From: a bacterium
GTDB lineage: Bacteria; Hinthialibacterota; Hinthialibacteria; Hinthialibacterales; Hinthialibacteraceae
NCBI GenBank assembly: GCA_041946805.1
Contig: JBHGBC010000008.1
Location: 1 to 64,000, forward strand
DNA: 64,000 nt
Direction: 5' to 3'
The translations under genes were made by a program, and so were the position numbers. Under the pieces are notes generated by a model. It made no database searches. It was not told where the DNA came from and saw only the letters and a program-made list of their open reading frames with translations. Shown one piece after another: positions 9,018-19,895 of the stretch (position 1 is the stretch's first letter; each line of letters begins with the position of its first letter).

Positions 9018-9767
9018 TCAGGCGTTAGGGGCCAGCCGCGCGCGCAGATGTTTCACTTCGTCCCGGATTTCGCGCAATATCTCGACTTCCGGACCGGAAA
9101 ATCCCCGCGCACCAGGCCGGGCCGGGCCGGGACCCGCCCCCGGGATTCCCGCGTGGCCATCGACTCCACTCACGTGAGGAATTGATTTCAAATAATTTAC
9201 GATCAAATCCCGGATTTCCTGGGCGTTGTCCAGCCCGGCCATGACCGCCCGATGATGGTTCGGGGCCATGGCTCCTGGCGGCGTCTGGACGACAATCCCC
9301 CCTCCGGCCGTGTCGACCACCACCCGGGCGATCCCGAAGAGCCGTTCCAGTGGGCCTTGTTCGACCACGATGTTCTGGATGTTGATAAACGTGAGGGTTT
9401 GTTCGACGATCGTCCAGACTCCCCGGCGGATGCGCAGGCTGCGGTCGGTCACGATGTAATAGCGCATGTCGTATTCGAGCCGGATGATGAACCAGCCGGA
9501 CACGAACAACAGGATCCACAGGAAAATCAACCAGAAAGCGAGCACGCCCCCCAGCAGGGCATTTTGAGAAATGACCAACGCGGCAACGATCAAAAACACA
9601 CCGGCCAACACCACCATAACCAGAGTCAAAAAGATCACCTGGTAGTCCAAAAACCGGCTCGAGGCCCGGAAAATCCGCAGGCTGCCATGCGTTCCCGCGG
9701 GGGCGGCGGGTGGTTCGCCCGGCGCGCAAAATAGATGGAGGAAGAATTCCTTGAACGCTTCATACAT
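9018..9767 (-). CDS. Bacterial PH domain (bPH_2/YdbS-like) membrane protein
   Basis: Two TM helices, then YIVTDRSLRIRRGV...IQNIVVEQGPLERLFGIARVVVDTAGG. Start reassigned to ATG 9767, overlapping the upstream stop. Confidence 0.85.
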   Translation of the reverse strand: MYEAFKEFFLHLFCAPGEPPAAPAGTHGSLRIFRASSRFLDYQVIFLTLVMVVLAGVFLIVAALVISQNALLGGVLAFWLIFLWILLFVSGWFIIRLEYDMRYYIVTDRSLRIRRGVWTIVEQTLTFINIQNIVVEQGPLERLFGIARVVVDTAGGGIVVQTPPGAMAPNHHRAVMAGLDNAQEIRDLIVNYLKSIPHVSGVDGHAGIPGAGPGPARPGARGFSGPEVEILREIRDEVKHLRARLAPNA

Positions 9768-10281
9768 GATCGCCGGCCTCCCCCGCCTGAGAACGGCGGA
9801 TGGCCCGCAACTCGTCCCGGATTTCATGCAACAGGCGTAAAGCCTCGGAATCTTCGGACGCAGTAGAAACGGCCGGCGGGATTTCACCCCGGACTCCCCG
9901 CATCTTGATGTATAGAAAGTCCCGGATTTCCGCGAATTCCTCCAGCCCGACGATCGAGAGTTCCGCGGCCGCGCTGCCCGAGGCGGTCTGGATGTCCACG
10001 GACCCCAGGCCCAACCAGCGTTCGAGCAGGCCCCGGGTCACATGGATGTCCTGGATGCGGGCGTAGGTCAGGAAGACCTGCTTTTTGAAGAAAATCCCCC
10101 ACGACGCCCCCACGCCCTCTTGATCGAAATGGTATCGCAGCGACAGGTACTTGCAATACAGCGGGGCGAAGACGAATGGAAACATGAACAGCGCCGCCAG
10201 GCTGCGGACGAAATACAGAAGCACCAGTTTGGAACTGGGCCGTTCCAGGGAGAGAATCTTTTGTTCCAATTGGGGATCCAT
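9760..10281 (-). CDS. Bacterial PH domain (bPH_2) membrane protein
   Basis: YARIQDIHVTRGLLERWLGLGSVDIQTAS motif. Confidence 0.85.
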   Translation of the reverse strand: MDPQLEQKILSLERPSSKLVLLYFVRSLAALFMFPFVFAPLYCKYLSLRYHFDQEGVGASWGIFFKKQVFLTYARIQDIHVTRGLLERWLGLGSVDIQTASGSAAAELSIVGLEEFAEIRDFLYIKMRGVRGEIPPAVSTASEDSEALRLLHEIRDELRAIRRSQAGEAGDHV

Positions 10282-10387
10282 GGATGTGTCTCAATGGATA
10301 GAAGTTTGATGAATAAACAGATACGATCCTGCCTTGAAAATAGTCAAAATCGGACCGGTTGTCAATTTGGATCAGCACGGGGGGGAA

Positions 10388-10500
10388 CGCCAGGGGTTTC
10401 ACCCCTGGTTAAAGCAGGGCCGCCCCTTCGGGGCTTGGGCGGATTAGAGACCTGCACCCATGGATCAGGATTCCCGCTTTTGGAGGGATTACACCCTGGC
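10388..10500. repeat. Cluster of degenerate REP-like palindromes
   Basis: CCAGGGG-TTTCA-CCCCTGG, GCCCC-TTC-GGGGC and GGATTCCCGC-like motifs. Confidence 0.5.
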
Positions 10501-10624
10501 AAGACTTGTGGGTACAGAATAGAAACCATGGGGGAGGAGTCCGTTATACCCGTTATCCTCTTCGCCCATGCCAGCCGGTATTTGCATCTCCCCACGAAGT
10601 CCGGGAGGGGGCGGAACGGCACCG

Positions 10625-11230
10625 TCATTCCCGCGCTTGCGGGTCCGCCTTGCCCCCCGGCGTTGGCTCCGGGCCTGATAGCTCTATCCCGGCCCGCCGC
10701 AGGAGGTCAAGCACCGCGAGGATGACGCCATACACCAGGATCAGGTATCCGTGGAAATAATCCGTGACGAACTCCTGCTGGGCTGGAGTCAGGGCGGAGA
10801 GGAACATGGGGCTGACCACCATGGCCACGTAGAGGAGCCGGCGGAGTTGAGCGGTATCGGCGAGTTTCGGGTTGGATCGCTCCTTGGCCAGTTCCATGAT
10901 CCCCCCGATGGTCTGCCAGACCATGATCAGGTCGAAAATCATCAAGAAGAAGTGAAGGTTGTCATAACCATTGAACAGACCGGTTTCGGTGGGGCGTTCG
11001 TACAAGGTAACCAGGGAGAAAACGGCCAGTCCGATGGCCAAAATCCAGGCGGCGCGGAAGGCAGGCCGGTCCCGCAATTCCCGCAGACCCCTGGCGAACA
11101 GGATGTATCCGAGGCAATCGGGAAAGACGGCGTCAAATCCCTCGACGCGGAAATCCAGTTGGGTGCAGAGAAGTCCCCAGAAAAGAAAAAGAACACTCCG
11201 TCTGGTGATCGGATGGGTAACGGTTTCCAT
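10625..11230 (-). CDS. Hypothetical polytopic membrane protein
   Basis: 201 aa with about 6 hydrophobic segments; co-oriented directly downstream of the ABC permease. Confidence 0.75.
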   Translation of the reverse strand: METVTHPITRRSVLFLFWGLLCTQLDFRVEGFDAVFPDCLGYILFARGLRELRDRPAFRAAWILAIGLAVFSLVTLYERPTETGLFNGYDNLHFFLMIFDLIMVWQTIGGIMELAKERSNPKLADTAQLRRLLYVAMVVSPMFLSALTPAQQEFVTDYFHGYLILVYGVILAVLDLLRRAGIELSGPEPTPGGKADPQARE

Positions 11231-11260
11231 GTTCGGACTTCTCCGGGCTGGTTCGATGAG

Positions 11261-11998
11261 TCAGTCGATGATCAGCCGGGCGCGGCGGAAGCGGTGCATG
11301 GCCAGGCGCAGGAAAATGATCAACAAAACCGCCAACAACGCGGTGATGAAGACCAGGAGGCGCGGCAATCCCACGTCCTGAAAGGATTCGGCCATGGCTT
11401 TTTTCCAGGAATCGGGAATCAACAGGGCCAGGAAGAACGGGGCGAACCAGAGCAGCATGACCATGAGGCTGATGGACTGCTGCGCCTGGCGGACGGTGGG
11501 GGCGCGCAGGGAGATCACAACCCCCAGGCTGGCGGACATGGCGGCCACCAGCAAGCCGATCCCCGCCGCCGCGATGAGGCTGAGGACGGGCGGCAGCACC
11601 AGCCCCGTGTTCCAGTACATCACGTTGATGGAAATCAAGTTCATCAACAAAATGCAGAGGGTCAATCCCCAACCGTAGAACACCGCGGTGGCGATTTTGC
11701 CGAACAAAATGGCCCGGTCGGGCAGGCGGCTGGCCAGCAGGGTCTCCAGCGTGTGGCGCTCGCGCTCGCCGGCGAAGGAATCGGCCACCACCATGGTGAC
11801 TAAAAACAACGGCAGCCATCCCCACAGCAGGATGGCCGCCGGGGTTTGCATCAATTCCTTGCCGCCTTGCAGGGGAAAGAAGATCCCGAACACGGCAAAG
11901 AAAACCAGCAGGCCAAACCGGCTGCCCTTCGTGCCGCCCAGGAACTGTTTCAGTTCTTTCCATTCCTTCCACATCACCACGAGGACGTCTTCGATCAT
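11261..11998 (-). CDS. ABC-2 type transporter permease
   Basis: SFAGERERHTLETLLASRL...ILFGK motif. Start ATG 11998 overlaps the ATPase stop. Confidence 0.9.
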   Translation of the reverse strand: MIEDVLVVMWKEWKELKQFLGGTKGSRFGLLVFFAVFGIFFPLQGGKELMQTPAAILLWGWLPLFLVTMVVADSFAGERERHTLETLLASRLPDRAILFGKIATAVFYGWGLTLCILLMNLISINVMYWNTGLVLPPVLSLIAAAGIGLLVAAMSASLGVVISLRAPTVRQAQQSISLMVMLLWFAPFFLALLIPDSWKKAMAESFQDVGLPRLLVFITALLAVLLIIFLRLAMHRFRRARLIID

Positions 11999-12930
11999 CC
12001 TTCCTCCTCCTCCATGAGGGTCATGTAGATCTCCTCGAGGCTGGATTGACCCTTGCGAACTTCTTCGATCTCCACTCCCGCCTCGACCAGCATCCGGACC
12101 AGCGGAGCGGTCCGCGCGGCTCCATGGAACTCCAACAGCAGGCGTCCGGAGTGCAGACCGGCCGCGCGGATCTCCGGGCGGCTTTTGAGGGCTTCGATCA
12201 CCGCGCCGGTGAAGCCCGCGCCGGCGATTTCCACCCGCGTGGCGCCGACCGAACCGCGTAATTCGTCCGGCGTGCCGCACACGAGCAGCTTGCCCTGGCG
12301 GATCACGCCCACGCGGTGGCACAGTTTTTCGGCCTCGGCCAGATTGTGCGTGGTCAGGAAAATCGTGGCGCCATCCTGGGTGGCGAGGGTTTGAATGTCG
12401 GCGCGCAGGGCCGCCGCCGCCTCCGGATCGAGACCGGCGGTGGGCTCGTCGAGAAAAAGCAGGGAAGGCTGGTGAAAGATGGCGCGGGCCATCGCCAGTT
12501 TTTGTTTCATCCCCCGGCTCCAGGTTCCGATACGGTCCTTCCGCCGATCCCAGAGGCCCAGGTGCGTCAACAATTCTTCCATCCGCGCCTTGCGCCGGGA
12601 GTAGGAGAGGTGCCAAATCCGGCCCACCAGATCCAGGTTTTCCTCGGCCGTCAGCCGCTCGTACAAGCCGGGATGTTCCAGAAGCGCGCCAGTCAGGCGG
12701 CGGATTTCAGGGGCATGGGTGCGCGTGTTGTAACCCAGCACTTCGGCTTCACCCCAGCTGGGCTCCAAGAGGCCTAGCAAAAGACGGATGGTGGTGGTTT
12801 TCCCCGCCCCGTTGGGACCCAGATACCCGAAAACGATGCCGGGAGGGATTTCGATTGTGAGATGGTCCAAGGCGCGGACACGGCTGAAATCGCAGGTCAG
12901 TCCTTGGGTCAGAATCGCGGGTGCGGTCAT
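11995..12930 (-). CDS. ABC transporter ATP-binding protein
   Basis: Walker A GPNGAGKT, signature WSRGMKQK, Walker B LFLDEPT. Confidence 0.95.
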   Translation of the reverse strand: MTAPAILTQGLTCDFSRVRALDHLTIEIPPGIVFGYLGPNGAGKTTTIRLLLGLLEPSWGEAEVLGYNTRTHAPEIRRLTGALLEHPGLYERLTAEENLDLVGRIWHLSYSRRKARMEELLTHLGLWDRRKDRIGTWSRGMKQKLAMARAIFHQPSLLFLDEPTAGLDPEAAAALRADIQTLATQDGATIFLTTHNLAEAEKLCHRVGVIRQGKLLVCGTPDELRGSVGATRVEIAGAGFTGAVIEALKSRPEIRAAGLHSGRLLLEFHGAARTAPLVRMLVEAGVEIEEVRKGQSSLEEIYMTLMEEEEG

Positions 12931-13462
12931 GAACCGAGTTCCTTGGGGGATCCGGGATGCCGTTCCGTCCTGCCCCCGGATCCAGGACGGGATGGTCCGG
13001 ATGGACGTTTTGACGACGGCGGTTTTTTACTTCAATTTTTCGGAGTCAAATCGGTAACATTCGGCAAAACGGCCTTACAATCTTCCAATCCTCTGGTTAT
13101 CATATAATCCGGTTTTTTCAACCACGCGCGTCTATCCGCTTCCCGCTTGTGGGAACCGGGTGGCGTTTTTTCATACCCGGGCGGTTGGAACGGTCCGCGC
13201 GTCAGCCCATACCCGTCCCGGGTGAAGTCAGGGGCATTGTACTGTTTACCGGCGGCGGATTTCAATCCCGGAATCCTCCCGGAGGAGCAAAAACCCGTTG
13301 GATTATCCCTGGCCATGGGGAGGTGGAGGCGTTCAAAGGGATGCCGGGCTTTGATCCGAGGATGCCGGATCGTTCTTACCTAGTAGATATTCATGTATTG
13401 GTAATTCGTTTTGTAATTTGTTATATGGGATGTTCCAGAGAAAAGGAGAGCCAGAGAAAGAA

Positions 13463-15418
13463 ATGGTTATCGATGCCTATCGACTGGATCCGCATGGAAA
13501 TCAATCTTCCCTCGCGTCTCCTCTGACCGACCGAGTCGACCAAGCCATCCAGGATTCCCACCGTTATTTCCTCTCCATCCAACATTCCGCCGGGTATTGG
13601 GTCTTCCCCCTCGAAAACGACGCGACCATTGTGGCGGATTATATCATGATGTGCCATTACATCGGCCGCGTCGATCCCGTCCGCCAGCAAAAGGCGGTCC
13701 GCTGGCTGTTGGACATGCAATTGGAGGATGGGGGGTGGAACATCTACCACGGCGGCCCCAGCGAACTGAACGCCACGGTGAAATGCGCCTTCGCCCTGCA
13801 ATGCGCGGGGTATGACAACCGCTTCGAGCCGCTGCGGCGGGCGGAAGAGTGCCTGCTGCGCCTGGGCGGCCTGGACCGGGTGAACAGCTACACCCGTTTT
13901 TACCTGGGGCTGTTCGGCCAGTACCCGTGGAACAAGCTGGTCTCGATGCCGCCGGAACTGATGTTCCTGCCCACATCGTTTTACTTCAATATTTATGAAA
14001 TCTCGTCCTGGTCGCGGGCCATCGTGGTCCCCATGTGCATCATCTGGTCGCACAAACCCATCAAGACGCCCCCGCCCACGGTGGATTGCAGCGGCTGGTG
14101 GGTGCGGAACCAGGCGCGCCGGAACCGGCGCTACCTGCGGCGGACGTTTTCGTGGCAGACCTTCTTCATGACCATGGACGCCATCCTGAAACGGTCGGAC
14201 CGGTTTTTCGCGCCCTTCACCCGGCGGGAAGCCTTGCGCCGGGCGGAATCGTGGATGGTGGAGCACATGTCGCGGGGGGGCGGACTGGCGGCCATATATC
14301 CGGCCATGTTGAATTCCATCATCGCTCTCGATTGCCTCGGGTACACCTTCGAACACCCCGTCTTTCAAGAAGCCTACAACGAGTACATGAAGCTTATGAT
14401 GGAGGAAGAGGACCGGTTGTGGTTTCAGCCCTGTTTTTCTCCCACCTGGGATTCGGCGATGGTCATGGCCGCGCTGCAGCGGTCGGGCATGCCGGGCAGC
14501 CATCCCGCCATCCAACGCTCGGCCGAGTGGCTGGTCAACCAGGAAATCCAGATCCGGGGCGACTGGCAAGTAAAAAATCCTTACGGTCCGGCCGGCGGCT
14601 GGGCGTTTGAATACAACAACGATTTCTACGCGGACACCGACGACACCGCCATGGTGCTCATGGCGCTGCGGACCGCCCGCATGCCCCTGGACGCTCAGCG
14701 CGAGGCGGCCGTCCAGCGGGGAATCGAGTGGCTCCTCTCCATGCAAAGTTCGGACGGCGGCTGGGGGGCGTTCGACGTGGACAACAACAAGGAAGTCCTC
14801 AACCTGATCCCCTTCGCGGACCACAACGCCCTGCTGGATCCCAGCACGGCGGATGTCACCGCCCGCATCCTCGAGATGCTGGGCGAATTCGGATACAACT
14901 CGCATTTCTCCCCCGCGACGCGGGCCATCCTGTTTTTGCGGAACCAGCAGGAAAAGGATGGTTCGTGGTACGGGCGCTGGGGCGTCAATTACATTTACGG
15001 GACCTGGCAGGTGATCACCGGCTTGCGCAAGATCGGGATACCTCACACCGATCCCGCCATCCAACGCGGCGTGGATTGGCTGCTGCGCTACCAGCACGAG
15101 GACGGCGGCTGGGGTGAAAACTGCTCCACCTACCACGACCCCGGCCAGCGGGGGAAAGGCAATTCGACTCCCTCGCAGACCGCCTGGGCGCTCATGGGGC
15201 TGATGCATGGCGGCCGAGTGAATGATCCCGCGGTGGAACGGGGATTGCGGTATCTGCTCGATACGCAGAGGCCCGATGGCGCTTGGAACGAGGAAGAGTT
15301 CACCGGCACAGGCTTCCCGCGGGTTTATTATTTACGCTATACTGGGTATCGTAATTATTTTCCCTTGATGGCTTTTGGCCTTTACCGCTCTTTTCTCCGG
15401 GGATTGCCGGACCGGTAG
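13463..15418 (+). CDS. shc: Squalene-hopene cyclase
   Basis: DTDDTA catalytic motif, several QW repeats (QxxDGGW/GSW), GTGFP...YLRY..Y. The start could be as early as 13418. Confidence 0.97.
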   Translation: MVIDAYRLDPHGNQSSLASPLTDRVDQAIQDSHRYFLSIQHSAGYWVFPLENDATIVADYIMMCHYIGRVDPVRQQKAVRWLLDMQLEDGGWNIYHGGPSELNATVKCAFALQCAGYDNRFEPLRRAEECLLRLGGLDRVNSYTRFYLGLFGQYPWNKLVSMPPELMFLPTSFYFNIYEISSWSRAIVVPMCIIWSHKPIKTPPPTVDCSGWWVRNQARRNRRYLRRTFSWQTFFMTMDAILKRSDRFFAPFTRREALRRAESWMVEHMSRGGGLAAIYPAMLNSIIALDCLGYTFEHPVFQEAYNEYMKLMMEEEDRLWFQPCFSPTWDSAMVMAALQRSGMPGSHPAIQRSAEWLVNQEIQIRGDWQVKNPYGPAGGWAFEYNNDFYADTDDTAMVLMALRTARMPLDAQREAAVQRGIEWLLSMQSSDGGWGAFDVDNNKEVLNLIPFADHNALLDPSTADVTARILEMLGEFGYNSHFSPATRAILFLRNQQEKDGSWYGRWGVNYIYGTWQVITGLRKIGIPHTDPAIQRGVDWLLRYQHEDGGWGENCSTYHDPGQRGKGNSTPSQTAWALMGLMHGGRVNDPAVERGLRYLLDTQRPDGAWNEEEFTGTGFPRVYYLRYTGYRNYFPLMAFGLYRSFLRGLPDR

Positions 15419-15620
15419 GCGAAATCCGGGAGAGCGGCTGTCGAGGAGAGGGACCGGCCCCGGCCGGTCCAAGGATTCATCCTATCAGAACATAGATCGT
15501 ATCCGTAATTACCAATCATGGGTCGGGATTGAGACTGGGATGGAAACCATGACGGCGTCCCATGGGAATGGCTGAAAATCGCATGGTCAAGGGCCGTATT
15601 GTACTCCTGGAGGTAAGAGT

Positions 15621-16631
15621 GTGAGATTCCCGGTCGCATTGTATAGCACCACCTTGAAGTATCTGATCAAACAATACCTGGCTGGCCATAAACGCTTTCC
15701 CCTGGTCTTGATGCTCGAACCGACGCTGCGCTGCAATCTCGATTGCATCGGCTGCGGGCGGATCGCCGAGTATCACGGTCATCCCGTGCCCGACCTGACC
15801 GTGGAGGAATGCCTGGCCGCGGTGGACGAATGCGGCGCCCCCATCGTTTCCGTCTGCGGCGGCGAGCCCCTGGTTTACAAACCCATCGACATCCTGATCC
15901 GCGAACTCATCGCCCGCAAAAAGTACGTCTATCTCTGCACCAACGCCATGTTCCTGGACCGCTACTGGGACCGCATCCCGCCCCACAAACGGTTCGCTCT
16001 CAATATCCATCTGGACGGCATGGAAAAAGGCCACGACTGGGCCGTGGACCGGCCGGGCACCTTCAAGCTGGTCAGCCGGATCCTCGACGAGGCCAAGGCC
16101 CGCGGCTACCGCGTCAACACCAACACCACCGTTTTCCATGGCTCCAATCCCGAGGAAATCAAGGAGATGCTCGAATACCTGCATCACAAGGGCGTGGACG
16201 GCATTCTCCTCTCCGGCGCGTATCCCCAAAACGGGGAAAAAGGCAAGGCCAGCCTGGAGCGGCAGGAACTGGAAGACCTGTTCAAGCAAATCCTCGGGAC
16301 CAACGGCGAGGCCGGCAAGTACAAACTGACCAACTCGCCCCTCTACATCGATTTCCTCCGCGGCTTGCGCGAAATCCCCTGTTCGCCCTGGGCCAGCCCC
16401 AACCGCACCGTGAAGGGCTGGAAGGGACCCTGTTACGTCCTGACCGACGGCTATTACAAAACCTTCCAGGAACTGATGGAATCCACCGATTGGGATTCGC
16501 TCGGCCCCGGGCGCGACCCCCGCTGCGCGAATTGCAAAATCCATTCCGGATTCGAGCCGACCATCGCCTTCGGCCGCAACTGCAATTGGAGAGACCATCT
16601 CCAGATGATCAAGTGGAACCTGTCGAAGTAA
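15621..16631 (+). CDS. hpnH: Adenosylhopane synthase, radical SAM
   Basis: RFPLVLMLEP..RCNLDCIGCG and C-terminal CSPW..P..GW..PCY...DPRCANC..HSGFEPT; lies directly after shc. Confidence 0.93.
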   Translation: MRFPVALYSTTLKYLIKQYLAGHKRFPLVLMLEPTLRCNLDCIGCGRIAEYHGHPVPDLTVEECLAAVDECGAPIVSVCGGEPLVYKPIDILIRELIARKKYVYLCTNAMFLDRYWDRIPPHKRFALNIHLDGMEKGHDWAVDRPGTFKLVSRILDEAKARGYRVNTNTTVFHGSNPEEIKEMLEYLHHKGVDGILLSGAYPQNGEKGKASLERQELEDLFKQILGTNGEAGKYKLTNSPLYIDFLRGLREIPCSPWASPNRTVKGWKGPCYVLTDGYYKTFQELMESTDWDSLGPGRDPRCANCKIHSGFEPTIAFGRNCNWRDHLQMIKWNLSK

Positions 16632-17071
16632 ATCGGGCGGGGCGGCTCCGGCAGCCGTCTGGCGTTTCATCCTTTGGCCATCCGCTCTTTTTGCTGGATT
16701 CCGCAGTCAACGATCTCGCTGTCCAGGTTTTCCACGTTTCATGCCCTTCGGCTTTCCGGATTCTTCCTTCGAGGTTCGGGACAGTGGGTGGGCCATGTCA
16801 TTGTATGTTACGGACGGTAATCCGGGCGGACCGCCGACCGCCCTAATAAATCGTACCCAGCCATTATTCGGTTCGGCTGACTGGCCGCCCCCAACCGCTT
16901 TTTCCCGCAGTCAAAAGTCCCGCGCGTTTTTCGATCCGGGGGATATCCCGCGCTCCCCATTTATCATACAATATTGAGAATCGTATCACCGGCCGGATTC
17001 CGGGATCCCTGGCGCGCTCATGGGGAAGAATCCGCGGGCCGGGGCGAATCTCGCGGAACGAGGTGCGGGTC

Positions 17072-17719
17072 ATGCATCTGCCCGATGGATTGTTGAGCAC
17101 GCCGGTATGGCTGGCCTGCGACGTGTTGGCGGGGGGGGCTTTGTATGCCGCCACCCGGAAAAGCCAGCAGCGTTTCGAGGAGAAGACTGTTCCGCTGACC
17201 GGCATCATGTGCGCGTTCGTGTTCGCGGCGCAGATGATCAATTTCCCGGTGGCGGGAGGGACATCGGGGCATTTGCTGGGGGGCGTGCTGACAGCGGTGT
17301 TTCTGGGACCGTGGCTGGGCTGCCTGGTGATCTCGCTGGTGTTGATCGTGCAATGTTTTCTGTTTCAGGACGGGGGAGTGGCGGTGCTGGGGGCCAATGT
17401 TCTCAACATGGCGGTGACCGGCACGGGGGTGGGGTACTTGCTGTTCGCGCTGGGCAAGAACATCTGGCCCACGCGGCAAGGCTATCTGGCGTCCGTGGCC
17501 CTGGGTTCCTGGGTCTCGGTGATGGCCAGCGCCGCGGCCTGCGCGCTGGAAATCGGCTGGTCGGGGACCTATCCCATGTGGCTGACTCTCAAGGCCATGC
17601 TGTCGGTGCATGCCGTGATCGGCATCGGGGAAGCGGTCATCACCACTTTCGTTGTGACCACCGTTTTGGTGCTGCGGTCCGATCTCGTCATGACGTATAC
17701 CGCGGAGTTGAAATCATGA
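17072..17719 (+). CDS. cbiM: Cobalt/nickel ECF transporter substrate-binding subunit
   Basis: N-terminal MHLPDG metal-binding motif; FVFAAQMINFPVAGGTSGHLLGG. Confidence 0.92.
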   Translation: MHLPDGLLSTPVWLACDVLAGGALYAATRKSQQRFEEKTVPLTGIMCAFVFAAQMINFPVAGGTSGHLLGGVLTAVFLGPWLGCLVISLVLIVQCFLFQDGGVAVLGANVLNMAVTGTGVGYLLFALGKNIWPTRQGYLASVALGSWVSVMASAAACALEIGWSGTYPMWLTLKAMLSVHAVIGIGEAVITTFVVTTVLVLRSDLVMTYTAELKS

Positions 17720-18039
17720 AAACGCCGGAAATCTGGATCGGTTTAGGATTGGCGCTCTTCGTGGGGACCGTGTTGTCGCCGTTCGCCTCGTCCTGGCCGG
17801 ATGGATTGGAAAAGGTGGCGGAGCACTATGGATTCATCTCCAAGGCGGCGGAGAAACCGTTGACGCCGGAAGTGATTCCCGATTACGCAATGCCCGGGAT
17901 TGAATCGGAGAGCCTGGCGACTGCCGTGGCCGGATTTTTGGGAACGCTGCTGTTGTATTTCGGCGGGTACGCCCTGGCGCGGGGACTGAGGCGCGCGCCC
18001 GGCGTGACGGAGCCGGAGAAGCCCACTCATGAAGCATGA
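17716..18039 (+). CDS. PDGLE-domain ECF accessory subunit (NikN/CbiN-like)
   Basis: ASSWPDGLEKVA and IPDYAMPG motifs, two TM helices, ATGA overlap with cbiM. Confidence 0.88.
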   Translation: MKTPEIWIGLGLALFVGTVLSPFASSWPDGLEKVAEHYGFISKAAEKPLTPEVIPDYAMPGIESESLATAVAGFLGTLLLYFGGYALARGLRRAPGVTEPEKPTHEA

Positions 18040-18805
18040 GTTCCTCGACCACCACAGCCTGGGCCATAGTTTCTTCCACCATTTGCATCCCGGCGCCAAG
18101 CTGGTGATGGTGTTGGTTTTCATCCTGTCGGTGGTGACCATCGATCCCGGGCGGGAGGCGGGCTTTATCCCCTACGCGTTGTTGCTGCTGGCAGGATTGA
18201 TTTCCACGCGGGTCCCGCTCCGGCATTCGCTGTTCAAAGGCTTGAAGGTGGTTCCCTTCCTGCTGATTATCATTGTGTTCATCCCGTTTTTGAAACCGGG
18301 TGAAACCCTGTGGCAAGGGACGATCGGCTTCCTGCCCATACGGATCACGCGGGAAGGGCTGCAGTTGTTTCTGAATATCCTCATCAAGGGAAGCATCGCC
18401 ATTTACAGCATGGTGTTTCTCAATCTGACCACGCCGTTCCACCGCCTTCTCAAGGGCCTGCAATCCTTTGGCGCGCCGCGGATCATCACGGACACGCTGG
18501 CGGTGGCCTACCGGTATCTTTTCGTGATCACAGACGAAAAGGAACGGATGCTCCTGGCGCGCCGGTCCCGCCTGGCCGCCCCCTCGCTGCCGCTGCAATG
18601 GAAAAGCCTTTCGCAGCTGGCGGGGGCGCTTTTTCTGCGTTCGTATGAAAGGGGGGAGCGGATGTACCAGGCCATGTGCGCCCGCGGATTCCATGGGACC
18701 ATAGTGGATATGAACGAACAGGCGCTGGCCGCGCGGGACATCCTGACCGCGGCGCTGGTGTCGCTCCTGGCGGTGGCGCTTCGCGTTGGGATGGTTTTTC
18801 AATAA
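18029..18805 (+). CDS. cbiQ: ECF transporter transmembrane T component
   Basis: ARRSR and LRSYERGERMYQAMCARGF motifs. Confidence 0.92.
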   Translation: MKHEFLDHHSLGHSFFHHLHPGAKLVMVLVFILSVVTIDPGREAGFIPYALLLLAGLISTRVPLRHSLFKGLKVVPFLLIIIVFIPFLKPGETLWQGTIGFLPIRITREGLQLFLNILIKGSIAIYSMVFLNLTTPFHRLLKGLQSFGAPRIITDTLAVAYRYLFVITDEKERMLLARRSRLAAPSLPLQWKSLSQLAGALFLRSYERGERMYQAMCARGFHGTIVDMNEQALAARDILTAALVSLLAVALRVGMVFQ

Positions 18806-18851
18806 GATGAAGCCCCCGGCGGCCGGGGAATTTATGTATGATGGTGCATGC

Positions 18852-19586
18852 ATGGGCGCTCCCGCGATTCGAGTCAAGGATCTGCAATTCACGTTTCCCG
18901 ATGGAACCACCGCCCTGCAGGGTGTCTCCTTTACCGTGGAAGCCGGCGAGAGAGTGGCGGTGACCGGGCCCAACGGGGCGGGAAAATCGACCCTGTTGAC
19001 CCTGCTCAACGGCCTTCTGGGGGCGGACGGGGCCGTGGAAATCTTCGGCGTTCCGGTGATCCCCGCGAATCTGCCCGGAATCCGCCGCAAGGTGGGATTG
19101 GTCTTTCAGGATCCGGACGATCAGCTGTTTTGCCCGACCATCTTCGACGACATCGCCTTCGGGCCCCTGAACATGGGCCTCAAACCGGCGGAGGTGCGCG
19201 GCCGGGTATCACGGGCGTTGGAGCAAGTGGGATTGCCCGGTTTTGAAAAGCGCTCGGCGTTTCATCTCAGCGGCGGCGAGAAGAAACGTGTTTCGCTGGC
19301 CACCGTGCTTTCGATGGACGTGGACATCCTGGCCATGGACGAACCCAGCAGCAATCTCGATCCCCGGTCCCGCCGGTCGCTGCTTCAATGGTTGCGGGAT
19401 TGTGATAAGACCCAGATCATCGCGACGCACGATCTCGATTTGGCCTACGAACTCACCGGAAGGACCTTGATTCTGCATGGGGGGAAGATCGTGGCCGACG
19501 GGCCGACCAGAAACATCCTGACCGACCAGGCGCTGCTCGAACGGCACGATTTGGAACTGCCGTTTCAATTACAGAAATCATGGTAG
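18852..19586 (+). CDS. cbiO: ECF transporter ATPase
   Basis: GPNGAGKST, VFQDPDDQLF, LSGGEKKR. The start may be 18807. Confidence 0.92.
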   Translation: MGAPAIRVKDLQFTFPDGTTALQGVSFTVEAGERVAVTGPNGAGKSTLLTLLNGLLGADGAVEIFGVPVIPANLPGIRRKVGLVFQDPDDQLFCPTIFDDIAFGPLNMGLKPAEVRGRVSRALEQVGLPGFEKRSAFHLSGGEKKRVSLATVLSMDVDILAMDEPSSNLDPRSRRSLLQWLRDCDKTQIIATHDLDLAYELTGRTLILHGGKIVADGPTRNILTDQALLERHDLELPFQLQKSW

Positions 19587-19614
19587 CGCGGGCGGGACGC
19601 CTTCTCTCCATATT

Positions 19615-19740
19615 CCTGGATCCCCTCTTTCACGGGGATGACATCCTGGAACGACTTCGGGATAAAGATCAGCCCACAAGGGGAGAGGGGAATGGTCTGA
19701 ATCAGGATGGTCAGGATGCGCAAGATGACCAGGATGGGGT
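19615..19740. repeat. Mosaic of REP-like fragments between convergent genes
   Basis: GGATCCCC..GGGGATGAC hairpin, a partial REP-A (GGGGAGAGGGG) and four CA(G/A)GATG units. Confidence 0.45.
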
Positions 19741-19895
19741 GGGGAGGCAGATTGAACCATGGATGACGCGGTTGGAAACACGGAGGGTGTGGAGAATGGA
19801 TTAGGGGACAAAGAGTCCGCGCCAAGGGTTGCTGATTCCCGTGGGCCCCTGCGATCGAAACGCGATATCCTTCTTCCCATTGAGGGGTTTATGCG

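Noticed and set aside
16640..17070. Cobalamin riboswitch or NikR site upstream of cbiM
   Set aside because: I could not find the B12-box/GGGAA core or a GTATGA-N16-TCATAC pair.
17020..18039. 339-aa ORF overlapping cbiM
   Set aside because: Only the last 107 codons (from ATG 17716) look real; the rest is off-frame overlap. The 5' extensions of 11261..12616 and 39751..41283 were trimmed for the same reason.
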